Positions 1 through 12,096 of a stretch of DNA of 64,000 bases are shown piece after piece; the first letter of the stretch is position 1; the number at the start of each line of letters is the position of its first letter. The position numbers and the translations under genes were made by a program. Location of the stretch: positions 149,048,001 to 149,112,000 of the forward strand of contig JBITNC010000001.1 in NCBI GenBank assembly GCA_050084985.1. Reading direction: 5' to 3'. The stretch comes from Nageia nagi. Taxonomy: Eukaryota > Plantae > Pinophyta. The notes beneath the pieces are model-generated. The model saw only the letters and a list, made by a program, of their open reading frames with translations, had not been told where the DNA came from and ran no database searches.

Positions 1-2479
1 CTTTATGTTCATTTCATCAAGATTTTATACTTAGTTGGTTCTCCACTTTTTAGTGTCATCCTACCTTTTTTGGGTGTATAGAGGCCACTAGTCACTCATC
101 TCTCTATCATGTATCAGTCCTTATATCATTGTGTCTTTTCTATCTTTTGTCATCATCTTGCATTGGTCATGTTATTTCCTCACTCTTAGTCCTCATTTGA
201 GTTAGGGTTGTTGGATATTATATTCATTTCATAATGAAGAAAGTACATTCTTGGACATGAGTGGAAATCAGCCATAAAATAGCTCAGTTGGACCAAGTTG
301 TTTATTTTGTTGGTGTTTAATTTTATTTGCACTTGCAACTTTGTTCTTACTTATCTTGTTTATTTTTTCATATCCTTTGTATTCTCATCATGCAAATACC
401 CCATTCCCAACATTTTCACATGTCCATTTATATCACTTTTCAGCATACATGATTCATAGATTTTTTATGATGATACAACCACTTAGGTCTTAGTCACATA
501 TCGGGTTTCCTGAAAATCATTCCATTGGATTTATCATAGGCTGCATAATATCATGGTTTTCGAGGGAAATACCATTATAACCTATCATGATTTGTGACAT
601 CAATGGAATTATGTCAATTCATGGATGTGGGAATATCTTTTCCTTATTTGACCTTTGTTTATCTATTTTATGGTCATTTGGATGTCATATTCATGGTCAT
701 TTATGCTTTCATTGCATGTTGTCTGCTTTCATTGGGTTGTCTTTTGTCATGTTGTCAAAATTGGATTTAATTTTCCTTTCATAAATTGATTTAACCTTGA
801 TGATTTGATGAATGGTCTATTTCATTTGCTTCATCTTTGTATTGGTATTGCTAGAAAGTTAGTTTCATCTATTTTTGATGATATGTAGCCTATTTGTTTC
901 AAGTTCGAAGTTGGCCCTTTGAGCATGTGTGCACGGTCACCCTAGTATATCGACCTATGTCACCATGTAGTCCTAACTTGAAAATTATCCATATTGTATC
1001 CCATTAGGTCTTATCATATCATGTTGTATCATTTCAAGTTATTTCATAACCATTTCATCACTCGTTTTGGTTCAAGGACAAAGGTCCTAAAATTTGATCC
1101 TTGTAAAAATTGGCTATTTGATTTATCATTTTGGTGCATCAAAAGATGTCTATTTTCATATTCATATTTTTCTAGTCTTTTGTTGATATAAATGCAATTT
1201 TTATGTCAAGTTTCAAGTCCATGGTTCATCATTCAATGTCTTTTCGAAAGCCAAGTCTTGGGCTACTTAGAATGACACCTTTTTAGTGACCACTAAACGA
1301 TGTCATACCTTAGTAAGTTACCTTTAATTTGGGCTTTGTAAATGAGCCAAACAACCTTCATTTTTCAAGCTATTTGATCCTATGCTTAGATCATACAAAT
1401 GTCTATCATATTGTTAAGGTAGTTCATCAAATCATCAACATGGTTGATTGTTATTGTCCTTCAAAATTTGTAATTTTTCACCTTTTCAAAATTGTTATTT
1501 TCACTTTGTTTCTATTTTGGTCCAATTCAGTTTCATTTTGGTAGTGTCCTCACTTGGTCTATGATTGTGTTTATCATGATCAACATAAATTGAGTATTTC
1601 AAGGGGGTCTTTATGACATATTCCTGCATCATTTTACACACCATCATGGTAAAAATTTGATAGCATTCTGGTAACATTTCGACTTACTTTTTATACTTTT
1701 TCTATGTTTCTTGACATTGTAGTTTGGTCATTTTTTATATTTTGTTATATTTTTATTTTTTTTCATAAATTTTTTATTATCTTTTTAGTCCATTTTATCT
1801 CTCTCTAGGCATTATTTTTGTCATGTTTATTTGTTATTATATTTGTCGATTTTATTATTTTTCATTCATTGTGATTGTTTATCATTCTAGTATTTGTTAT
1901 TATTCATACTTATATCTTTGGTGCTTGTTTATTCATGTTTATCATTTGTGTTCGTCATTTTATGTTCGTTTCTTTTATGTGTTTAAGCATACATGGTCAT
2001 TTACCAAGTGTTGTGGTTAAGCATACAAGTCCATTTTACGTCTTTCTTTTAAGTTCATTTTATGTTCCTTTAGTGTTCATTTTAAAGTTCATTTTAGGTC
2101 CATTTTAAGTTTTCTTTATAAGGTTCATTTAATGTTCCTTTAATGTTCATTATAGGGTTGATTTTAAGTCTTTTAAGGTCCTTTTTATGTTTATTTAGGG
2201 TCCATTTAAGTGTTTACATACATTCATTGGCATATATATAACATAAAAATAAATATATACACATTAATCACATCCACATCCATAATACATATAAACAAAT
2301 GGTCATAATGAGTCTCATATATTGTAGCAGTACATCCATGAGAGCATATATAAAGTCAAGCATCCATCAAAATATGTACATATGTCAAAATAGATACATA
2401 TAAATGTCCATCATCCTCATATACAATATCCAATATATAAATGATTATGAATCAAAAATACACATCAGTGCATGCACTA

Positions 2480-4870
2480 TGATGCCAAGAAAATGGATAA
2501 ATTCCAATCATGTACTCACACCTTTATGGTGTGGGATCATCCCTCCACTTATGTTGACTAGGGAGAGTGCTAGTCTCCCCCTATCCCTTTGTCTGGGCCC
2601 CTGATGGGCTACTCTCCCTTTTGGCACCACTATGGCCTATTGATGGTAATGACCTAAAAAATGTGGCAACTACTTATGAGATATTCTATCTCATAGGACC
2701 TTTGAACCTTATCTATGTCTCTTCTATGGCCTATATCCTTAGGGCTATGACTTTATTGGCTATGGCTACCACCTAAGGTGGTGTAGGCTACCTCATGGAG
2801 TGTCCCTCACTCCTTTAGCTCTTTGCCATGCTCCTAGACATACTTTATGCTATAAATGTTATCTTGAAGGCCTCAATATATATGGGTGTTAACCCTACCT
2901 CAATTAGTTAGCATCACCATGCTAGCACCCACCCTATCCACCTCGTCTAATGCCTAATGCAACTAATGTTGCATGTCACCCTATACAATCAAAATCCTTA
3001 TCATTACACCTATGTATTGTGCATCCATCTATACTACCATATCCACCATCAGCTCTACCCTATCACCTAACCCTATTAATAGGGCATCCATCTACATGCT
3101 AAACTCTACACCTGGGCCCACTCCCCCCTCAACCTACACTCTGAGCACATCCCTCTCTCTAAGCATGTTCCTCTCTCTGGATATCGCTATGTAGACTATT
3201 AATAATATCTACATCTCACCCTCTAAATCCCTAGTATCACTCTTTGTAATTTCCCTATCCACCTTTTTGGCTGCTAATTAGCCTTGTAAAATATTTGGAT
3301 GCCCCTCTATAGTTATGCAAGCTACCTCTACGATCATCCTAGTAGCTTGCTCTACTATTAATTGAACCTTCATCATGTCAACTTATACCTATAGGGCATA
3401 TCACTTAACCTAAAACTAAGTCACCTATGAGTTGATGAATGTCTCTAACCCTATCAGATCTAGCTCTTGAAACTCAAATTTGGGGATTTTGTAACCATCC
3501 TCCCCCTCACTAGCCACCCTCATCTACTATGCAACCTACACCTATGTTGGTTGCTATGGCATCTCAACATCCCCTTGGGAGCACCTTTCTCCTCAACATC
3601 TCCTTGGGTTTCCTCATCCTTATCCTCCTCCTCAACCACCTCATCCTCACCATCTGGGTCAAACCCAACCTTGAGCACCCATGGATCTAGAGAAGGTGCA
3701 ACCCCTTATCTCTCAATAATGATTCAAGTTGGTAGCTAGTCCCTTTATGGGATCGACCATGCATCATACCCTAAGGTAGTTCCTGCATCATTGACCACAT
3801 AACTAGTAAATGGTGCATCATGCTCAATGTATGTTAGACATGGCCTTGTTAGGGTATCCTTATCAAATTTTCCATATAAAATTAGTTTAGGAGGCACATC
3901 TTGTACTAGCCCATGCTATCATTGGACTCACTCAAATTGAAATATCTCCACATCCCTAACATGTCTCCCCCTAATGTATCTCATTCAATAAGCACATGCT
4001 AGTTGTGTAGCATCCTTTTCCCATGTTGGCCCTCCCTGGTAGGGTTGGTATATCACATCTTGGGGCTATAACCCCATGAGCATGTCATGGTACCAGTCTA
4101 TCTAAACCTCATGAGGGCATCTCCTTGGTCACTCTTGCTCATGCTCCCATTAGTAATCATATGGGAGCTCTACACCTACCATTTGGGGGATTTCCCTCAT
4201 AATCTCTAACCCATGCACTATGATCGGTAGTCCATTCAACCTACCAGATTGAATGTGCTCCTAATCCCATACCTAGATTAATAATGAGGTGCTAATACCT
4301 CATCATCCTCTCATCGATGCTTTCAAATCCCCTTAGGTATGTGTTAATAATGTTGATCCCCATGCATAAAATTTCCCCTCTTGTACCATCCTTGTAACAA
4401 CATTGAACATGTTCTAAGGTAACCTAGGTCCTAAGGAATCTAGAAGTATGAATGAGGAGATCAGGAATATCACCATAACCTCCCTCTATCTAAGGTGACC
4501 TACCTAATAGAGGGGAGCAATGAGCACCCCTCCATTCAAGAGGTCCCAAGTCCTATATCCATTACCTATGTATGGCTATATCACCACTCCATCAATGGCC
4601 ACCATCATCTACTCACCCTCGAGTGGCACCGGTAGTATCATGTAAATATCCTCAAGAGTGACTGTCATCTCCCCTTTTAGGAGCAAAAATGTGTATCGAT
4701 CAAGATCAAAGCGCTCCTAGAGCATGATCATGTAGGATGTGTCTCCCTTAATAGGGAGAATCCTAGCTACTCCTATGAGCCCCATCACCTCTAGCCAATC
4801 CCAATTGACCTATGTTAAGGCTAATCTCACCTTTTTCCATAGTAGGCAAAATTTGTGCGTAAGTTTCATT
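2480..4870 (-). pseudogene. Degraded Plant Mobile Domain (PMD, aminotransferase-like, MAIN/MAIL family) ORF carried by the retroelement
   Basis: Minus-strand translation around 4600-4740 gives ML*ERFDLDRYTFLLLKGEMTVTLEDIYMILPVPLEGE, matching the PMD motif ERW..ETHTF.LP.GEMTITLEDV..ILGLPI.G. An acidic tract (DGEDEVVEEEDKDEE, ~3600-3655) follows. Many stops; ends approximate. Confidence 0.75.
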
Positions 4871-6515
4871 AAGCATAAATTTTGAGGTTTATTAGTTAGT
4901 TTGCATTACCTGTATCTAAGTCAATGATCTCTATATCTATATTATTCCTACATTATCTTTAGGGTGCATGTTTGAGTTTTTGTCTATGTTTCATTTTTTA
5001 TTTTTCATTTTTTAGTGTGTTTTCTTTAAATCAAAATCATCCTTGTTAAGGGCAACTAGGTTAATCTAGTTATCCAATTTTTGGATGATTGGTCAAGTCA
5101 TCTAGATGATTTACAAGATTTTCCTTCACCCAGATAACCCCTAAATCAAATCATCCAAGTGCCACATGATTAGCAAAGTCTAAATCTTGAAAAAAATAGC
5201 CCTATTAGTTTGAAAATTTTAAATCTACAAGAAATTCAAGAAAATTGCATAATATATAGCAAGGAAATCTAAATTATTCTAGCATTTTATCATTTTACCG
5301 ATCATAGATTTATTATTTAGAATCATTTTTCATTGTTTGTTATGTTGTGGATTTTGTTTGTATCAAAATCTAAGTCATAACACTATGAGGGTTAGTTGCA
5401 TCAAATTTAATGAAGTTTAAATTATGGGTTTACCTTGCCTATAATTAAATCTCTATGCTACATTTACATAATCCAAATTACATTCATTTACAAACTATAT
5501 TTTTATTGGAATGCATTACATTTAAATTCCATAAAGGTTTTATCACAAGTAGTTTCACTATATTTTGTTGTTGTGTGTGCCCCATTAGATGCAATCTGTA
5601 ATGTTAGACATAGTTTCATGGAAAGTCTATTGTGAATTCTATGATGTGATATGTCATTTGCATGGTAAATCCTAGTTGTGTAATCGTTATTTATGTTCTA
5701 CATTAGCAAACATTAAACAAAACAAAGTAATAGTCACTAAATTAATATACTATTTCAAACAGTCTACAAATTACCAAAAATAAAATGAAAACTAAGAGGA
5801 AATAGAGTTTAGACCACCAACCTTCTTGGATGGCAGTTCATCCCCGCCAGGTGGCCCTCCCTGCAGACCTATAGTTTCCATTATGTCTATTATTTATGTC
5901 ATCATAAGTCAAACCATCCACTACACTTTATCGATCATTAAGGTCTTTTTCATGAATACTAAATAGTTCTTAGGTAAACTAGTAACATTCATAGTACAAT
6001 GAAAAGTGAAATTTCATCATTTTGCTTTTTATTTTTTTCCCTAATTGGATCATTCAAATGATCCTTTATCACCTAAATGATTTGACCAAACCTAGTTGAT
6101 CAAATGACTTGCAATCATTTGGATGATTTGCTAAGCTTTGTATCACTTTGAAAACCTTCAATCATGATCATCATCTTCTGATTTGTTTAGTCAATAGTTA
6201 GGTATCTTTTCTTGTTATCCATCACACCTTCCCAATTGAGGGGGAGAGCTTCACACATAATTTTAAAATTGATCAAATTTTTGCAATTTGTGGTAGGTAT
6301 ATCATTGGCTTCATCAGGGGCATGTCAGATGCATCAACCTTTTTTTCATCATGAATGTTCGTTGGATAATTATTAGTTCAACATAATGGATTGGAAATAA
6401 ATATATTCTAATATCATCATGTTTGACATTATCATTTTAGCATGACATGATTGATTTATGATGAACATACTCATACATCATTATGTTCAGCTTGGTTATT
6501 TTTATGTAAGCATCG

Positions 6516-6782
6516 TATGCCTATGTGCTATAGTTCCACACTTGGTAGGTTTGCATGTCTACGATCATGTCCTTTCAACTCCTGAGGAAAAGTAGATATT
6601 ATTATCATTTGGTACTTTGTATGAGTGTCATATGCTTATGTGCTATAGTTCCATGCTTGATAGGTCTACAATCCTATGATCATTTTCCTTTGACTATTAG
6701 GGAAAAGCATAGTTAGACACCCTTCGACTGTTAGGGAAAAGTAGAGTTAGACACCCTTCGATGATTGGGAAAAAGTAGACAT
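6516..6782 (+). repeat. Degenerate ~115-bp tandem duplication with ~33-bp subrepeats in the retroelement 3' region
   Basis: tatgc(c/t)tatgtgctatagttcca at 6516 and 6631; ggaaaagYaNagttagacacccttcga repeated at ~6700-6760. Confidence 0.7.
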
Positions 6783-7106
6783 CATTTGATTTTTGTAGTT
6801 AGATTAGATTAGATTAAATTTTTGCTTTATTTTTCTAATGGCCATTTGATCCACTTATCGAATTTTGTTAGAGGTCATTATCATGAGATTCAATTCTATC
6901 TCATATGGCCTGTCATATGTCGAAACTAGACTAGGGTTGAGTGATTAGGGTGATCTTATATGACCTTTCATGTGCTGAAACCAAATCTCATCTTGATAAT
7001 TTTGCTATCATTTATCATGTATCATTTTTTATTATTATTTTATTATTTAACATATTTTTGTACTTAGCTTCTCATAGATTTGAAACTCAATACAAAAAGG
7101 GGCAAC

Positions 7107-8217
7107 TGTAAACACCCTAAAAATGCATTTTGTGTTGTTGATAGGGTTATATTTACATTTATCATATTGTGTACTATCATGTTTGGCTAATGTGTGTTTG
7201 TAGCATCTTTTATTAGATCAATAAACTTTGTTTTAGCCTTTAAATTATTTCTAACACATTATTTTCAATCACCCAGATGACTTGCTAGTCACTTGGATGA
7301 TCCTATAGATTGCATAGTTTTCCAAATGATCCTATATAAGGTTTATAAAAGCTAATATGGTCTCACTTTTTGATTCTCTTCTTGCATTTGTGTACTTTTC
7401 ACAAGCTTTGTGACTTTTGTAATTTATTATGTGCATCTATACTTATGACATCAATTTGCAGAGGACCACATTAATACTTAAGCTCATCTTTTCACACCTT
7501 GGGAACACTTCTCCATGACACATGGATTGAGATATCTTTTATTCATTTGAGGTTTCTTATGTTATTAATGGTGAATTTCATGGGTATTTTCAAATTTGAA
7601 GCTCTCATCACATTCAATTAAAGATTTCTTTCCTTGATTAAATTCTAGATTTATAATTGTATGTCATATAGGCATATTTAGGCTAATCTCATACTTTAAT
7701 ATTTCAAAATAGGGTTTGAACTTTAAGTTCCAAACCCTAGGGTTTGAAAGCTCTTTGTTTTTCATTTGTATTCTTAACTTTGGATCTATTATTTCTAGCT
7801 TTAAATTCATAGTCATTATTGCCAAATTTGATCATTTAACTAGATCTTTAAGTGCATACAATATTTATCAAATCTTTATTATAGAATTGTCATTTATGTT
7901 TTTCTACTTGTCTTGTATAAGCATTTTTTCATAGTATATGTGTCTAAGTCATATTTTCATCATAGCCATTATGATATTTTCTAGCATCCAATTGATTGTG
8001 GACAAGGAGAATTACAACCTCTTTGAGTTGGGGTTTCACCTTACTTGGACAATCATAAGGTCTAAAGGACTTATTATATGAATTATCCATTAATATTTAT
8101 GTTTTTCTTTTAGGTATAGACATCACATTGCACCATTGAAGCATAAAAAAAATTTCTAAACCCTACCTTGTCAATCTTGTCAATACATATCATACAAAAA
8201 TTAGGTGGAATGTATCA
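7107..8217 (+). repeat. Probable 3' LTR of the PMD-carrying element
   Basis: Starts TGTA right after the PPT. Candidate end ...tgtatCA at 8217, where the sequence switches to minus-strand protease-like coding. The partner LTR is not in the window. Confidence 0.55.
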
Positions 8218-8858
8218 AAATTCTTGGAGGTGCTCATGAATGTTGTGAGTGTTTTAGTTGCAAGGATTTTGACCCATTCACAATTATATTTCCATATTAT
8301 CAAAGCCCTTTATCCTAATTGTAGAGTTTTGAATCTTAAAAATCATTTGTGGAAAATTTTGCAAGAAATCAATAAAGCATACATTCGCACATTAGATCAC
8401 ATATCAGCTAAAGTTTTCTTTATTGATCTATCAAAAATATTAACATTATTATGTAAGGCTAAATTCTTATCCATAATATTATCACTAGTGATCTCCTCAT
8501 CATCAAAGCTAATCATATTCACTTAACCCCAAAAATTTATTATTTTAGCAAATATGCTAACTAACATGGTTGTATCCATATGTGTTCTTTTATAGTGTAT
8601 CAAATAAAGCATATTTATTAGCTTAAAAAATTGCTATAACTCAAAAATAATTAACTTTGTTGGAGTTTCCTAAAGCTCATCTTTAAGATTATAAGCATGA
8701 GGTCTCTTGGGTAGCTCATGCTGCTTATTACTAGCAAGGTGAATAGGTTCTTTTGGTCTTCCATGTTGTGTACTAGTGTATAGTTCATCATTTAAAATGA
8801 TATTTATATATCCCTTAATTAGGTTTGATTTGGTCTTCTCTATTATAGGATAGGTTAC
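8218..8858 (-). mobile_element. Old Tat-like Gypsy gag C-terminus/aspartic protease remnant (host of the 8859-13530 insertion)
   Basis: Minus strand reads SIKKTLADM*SNV (degenerate LIDTGS protease motif) near 8390-8430 and STIRIKGFDNME near 8290-8330. Confidence 0.5.
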
Positions 8859-8967
8859 TGTATATTCATACATAATAAATTCTTTAGCAAAGCCTCGGTG
8901 TACCTTACATGCAATCATGAGTTCATTTTAAGATCCCCGGGAGTTTTTTTGAGAGCAAACAAAACCG

Positions 8968-9425
8968 GAGCCAGTGAGCAAAACATTCCGGAGGTAAGAG
9001 ATGACATCAGCGATTCCGAGCCTTAACCCAAAACCAAAGCCTGGAAGTGATGAGGTCAGCAAGGAGCGATAAAATAGCCAAATCCAGTGAGCAAAACATT
9101 CCAGAGGTAAGAGATGACATCAGCGATTCCGGGCCTTAACCCAAAATCAGAGCCCGGAAGTGATGAGGTCAGCAAGGAGCGATCAAATAGCCGGAGCCAG
9201 CGAGTAAAACATTCTAGAGGTAAGAGATGATGTCACGGGGAGAATGATGTTCACATTTTTGAATGAAACTGGGTCCCGAAGATGATGAGGTCAGCGAGGA
9301 GTGATCGAATAGCCAAAGTCAATGAGTAGAGCATTCCAGAATGTAGAGATGAGGCCAGTAAAGGGGGATCGAATAGCTGAAGCTAGTAAATAGAACATCA
9401 CGATAAAGATGATGCCAGTAAGAGG
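8968..9425 (+). repeat. ~113-bp tandem units in LTR U3 (mirrored at ~12206-12663)
   Basis: ccagtgagcaaaacattcc..gaggtaagagatga recurs at ~8970, 9083 and 9195, then more degenerately at ~9315 and ~9380. Confidence 0.8.
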
Positions 9426-9930
9426 TTAGATCATAGTATCATTTGCAACCTGCCCCATTTTTGTAATATTCCACCAAGTGGCGTATGTAGGTAGTATCAG
9501 TTAAAAGAAGGCTAGAATCTTGAAGCCATTTTTGTAAACATTTCTGTTCTGCAATTCTTGTAACTATTGTTACTGCAGTATAAGTATATGAAAATAAAGT
9601 GGAAAAAGGGTCGAAAGCCCTAGTATTGCTCTTTACATTTGTTCTCAAAGACCTGTAGTTTTTATCAGTAATATGATACCATCTTGACCTTTCGTGTCTA
9701 GCACTCGTAATTATCATTCTTAATTTGGTTACATCATGGTGGCTTGGCTTGTTTCCTGAATGATAATCACGAGCTGCTAGTATAACTATGTTTGCTACAT
9801 GGTAGAGTAAAGTTGGGAAACTATTAGAGAGTGAGAGCTTGTACCGTAGCTGCTACACTAGATTCAGACCAAGGTTTCACGCACTGTGAAAGCCCGTGCT
9901 GAACTAGTGATCCACCTTTGCTTTCTCTCT

Positions 9931-10167
9931 TGTTACCCTAAGCCTTTTTTCTTAAATTCCTCACACTCTACTCCTTTTATTTCCTTTCCTATTACCCTAG
10001 CCTTTTGCTTAAATCCCTCGTACTCTACTCCTTTTATTTCCTTTCCTGTTACCCTAACCTTTTGCTTAAATTCCTCGCACTCTACTCCTTTTTATTTCCC
10101 CTCTTGTTACCCTAACCCTTTTGCTTAAATTCCTCGCACTCTACTCTTTTATTTTCTTTCCTGTTAC
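9931..10167 (+). repeat. ~58-bp pyrimidine-rich tandem repeat x4 in the LTR 3' part (mirrored at ~13169-13405)
   Basis: Unit tgttaccctaacc ttttgcttaaattcctcgcactctactccttttatttcctttcc starts at 9931, 9990, 10047 and ~10105. Confidence 0.9.
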
Positions 10168-10303
10168 TTCTCCTACACCCAATGTATAAGGAATCGGCCT
10201 TCTCCAGAGATCAGACTGTCACCATAGTCTGTTCTTGATTTACTTTGGTTAAGATCATTCGCAACGCATATATTACACAATCCTAATCAATAGTATTTCT
10301 TTT

Positions 10304-10321
10304 TGGCACGCCCAGTGGGAC
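10304..10321 (+). promoter_or_regulatory. Primer binding site, probably tRNA-Arg
   Basis: TGGCACGCCCAGTGGGAC, 11 nt after the 5' LTR. Complementary to the recalled 3' end of a plant tRNA-Arg (...GTCCCACTGGGCGTG-CCA). tRNA-Arg priming is typical of Tat/Ogre. Confidence 0.8.
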
Positions 10322-10440
10322 ACGAAGAAACTTATTGGTGACTCTGTTGAAGCACTATCTATGGTATGTATTAAAGCAAATTATTTGTAAATATCATATG
10401 TTCTTTTGAACCTATCACTTTCTTTTGCAACCTAGAGTTT

Positions 10441-11775
10441 ATGTGGATAAGATCTAAAACTAGAGCAGTAAAAGAAGCACTAGATTTTAGAACGTTAGAT
10501 ACTCCTAAGAGAAAGACCTTGATCAAGTCCAAGTCTTTGAATAGTATCATCTCCCTAAAATCCTTTACCAAGACAGAATCATCCAATCTTCATACTAGAA
10601 ATACCTCTCCTGAAATGGCTAATCCAGCTCAGAATGTTTATCCAGAATGGGACAATGGGGTACCAATAGCCTTGGTAGTGTTGCATGACATCCCAGTAAA
10701 TGTTTTCAAAACCCTTCTGGAGTTTGATGCAAATTCAGAGAAAACAGCTTACGAGCATTGTGTTGATGTAGCTAGCCTAGCTAAGATTCACAATATCCAG
10801 CATGAAGATGTCATGGTGAGACTACTGGCTCAGTCTTTCAAGGGAAAGGTCCTAGATTGGTACAGGGGCCTTCCTAACGGATCTATAACTACTTGGGCTC
10901 AACTGGCAGAGCCCTTTATCTTGGAATTTAATGAATTAGGAGATCCCTTTTCCTTGTTAACACAGTTCACTTCTATCAAAAGATATGAGCAAGAAAATAT
11001 CCTGGATTTCAATATTAGATTCCAAAAAACTTGGGTGAGAGTCCCAATGCCAGTCAGGCCTCAGCAATTTCAAGCCTTAATGTATTACCTGAGAGCCTTT
11101 CCTCTGGATCTCTCTCTGCAAATCCAAAATTTTGGAGTAAATACCTTCCCGTAGGTCTATAGATAAGCAGTATATGCTGAATCCTATCTTATTGCAGTTG
11201 GGAAATTGCTAAGTCGCATGCCAATGTCTTATTTTCCAATAACCGCTTAGCAGCAAGTTTTGAGACCTCAAGCAATTAGTTTGGCTCCACCACTGGCCAG
11301 TATCCCCGCCCCTATCCAACAGTGGCCATCAACCTTGCCAGTCCCTAGAGCTCCCTTTGCCTTACCAGCCCCTCATCAACCTAATATGAATCAAGGGGTA
11401 GCTTCATCGATTGAGATTTAGGAACTTCGAAACTTGTGTAGAAATATGGCAAATCGGATTACCATGCTAAGCAGACAAAGCAATGCAAGAAGATATCCTT
11501 ATCTTACTATAGAAAAGGCTCAGAATGTGTTGAATGATGATGTAAGCCAAGCTTCCTCTTCTGGGTCAACCTCTGGTTGGTGTTTGGCCTGTAATGATGC
11601 TCATGAACAAACCACATGTCCTATTTGTCAATACCAAGAATATTTATCTAGAAGTGGGGGTATTCCTCCGCCTGGTGTAGCCGATGACATAAGCCAAGAT
11701 GTGAACTTGATGAATTTTGCACCAGCGGGTATAGAAGGTTTTGCTGTGGAAACAAGATCAGGGAAAAACCCCTAG
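10441..11775 (+). pseudogene. gag: Retrotransposon gag ORF (Retrotrans_gag domain plus Zn knuckle) with four internal stops
   Basis: HEDVMVRLLAQSFKGKVLDWYRGLPNGSITTWAQLAEPFILEF is a classic gag motif. ORFs 10441-11154 and 11434-11775 are in the same frame, broken only by TAG/TAA codons. Knuckle WCLACNDAHEQTTC. Confidence 0.88.
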
Positions 11776-11854
11776 TCTTCGGTATTTCGGAAAGAAAAGT
11801 TGAATCCCAAATGAGCTCCGGAATCAATCATATCAAGACTTCCGAAGAAGAAAT

Positions 11855-12015
11855 GAAATAGTAAAAGGTGGTTCGACGGTCAAAAATCAACTCCGAATAC
11901 TTTCAGAGAAGGAGATTTAGTATTGAAATGGGATGAGGACAGAGCTAAACAGGGAAGCACAAAAATTCAAATCCATGTGGTTCCGGACCCTATGTAGTAG
12001 CTAAATGCGTTGGTA
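11855..12015 (+). pseudogene. Gypsy integrase C-terminal (GPY/F) fragment
   Basis: RWFDGQKSTPNTFREGDLVLKWDEDRAK..., then frameshifted K.MW.GPYVV. Confidence 0.75.
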
Positions 12016-12096
12016 TTATTTTTGGTATTATTTTTTAGACTGGGTTCTAAATTCCTCTTTGATAAAGGTAAAATTTTCCCCCAGAGGTCGCCATAA

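Larger units (their letters stand above)
1..8217 (+). mobile_element. 3' part of a decayed Ty3/Gypsy Tat/Ogre-like LTR retrotransposon (antisense PMD ORF, tandem repeats, PPT, 3' LTR); left boundary not resolved
   Basis: Polypurine tract aaaaaggggcaac (7094-7106) directly before TGTAAACACCCTAAAAATG at 7107. Antisense plant-mobile-domain ORF and 3'-region tandem repeats lie upstream, a layout known for Tat/Ogre elements. Confidence 0.55.
8859..10292 (+). repeat. 5' LTR
   Basis: tgtatattcatacataataaattc...cctaatcaata, collinear with 12097-13530. TATA-like gtataagta at ~9577. Confidence 0.95.

Noticed and set aside
8658-8858. tgttggag at 8658 as the 5' LTR start
   Set aside because: LTR-LTR identity and the GTTAC TSD place the start at 8859.
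9931-10167. CRISPR-like or telomere-like array (units contain accctaa)
   Set aside because: Units are contiguous with no unique spacers, there is no (TTTAGGG)n run, and the context is a eukaryotic LTR.
10304-10321. tRNA gene
   Set aside because: Only 18 nt of tRNA complementarity (a PBS), with no cloverleaf or A/B boxes. No tRNA or rRNA genes were recognised in the window.
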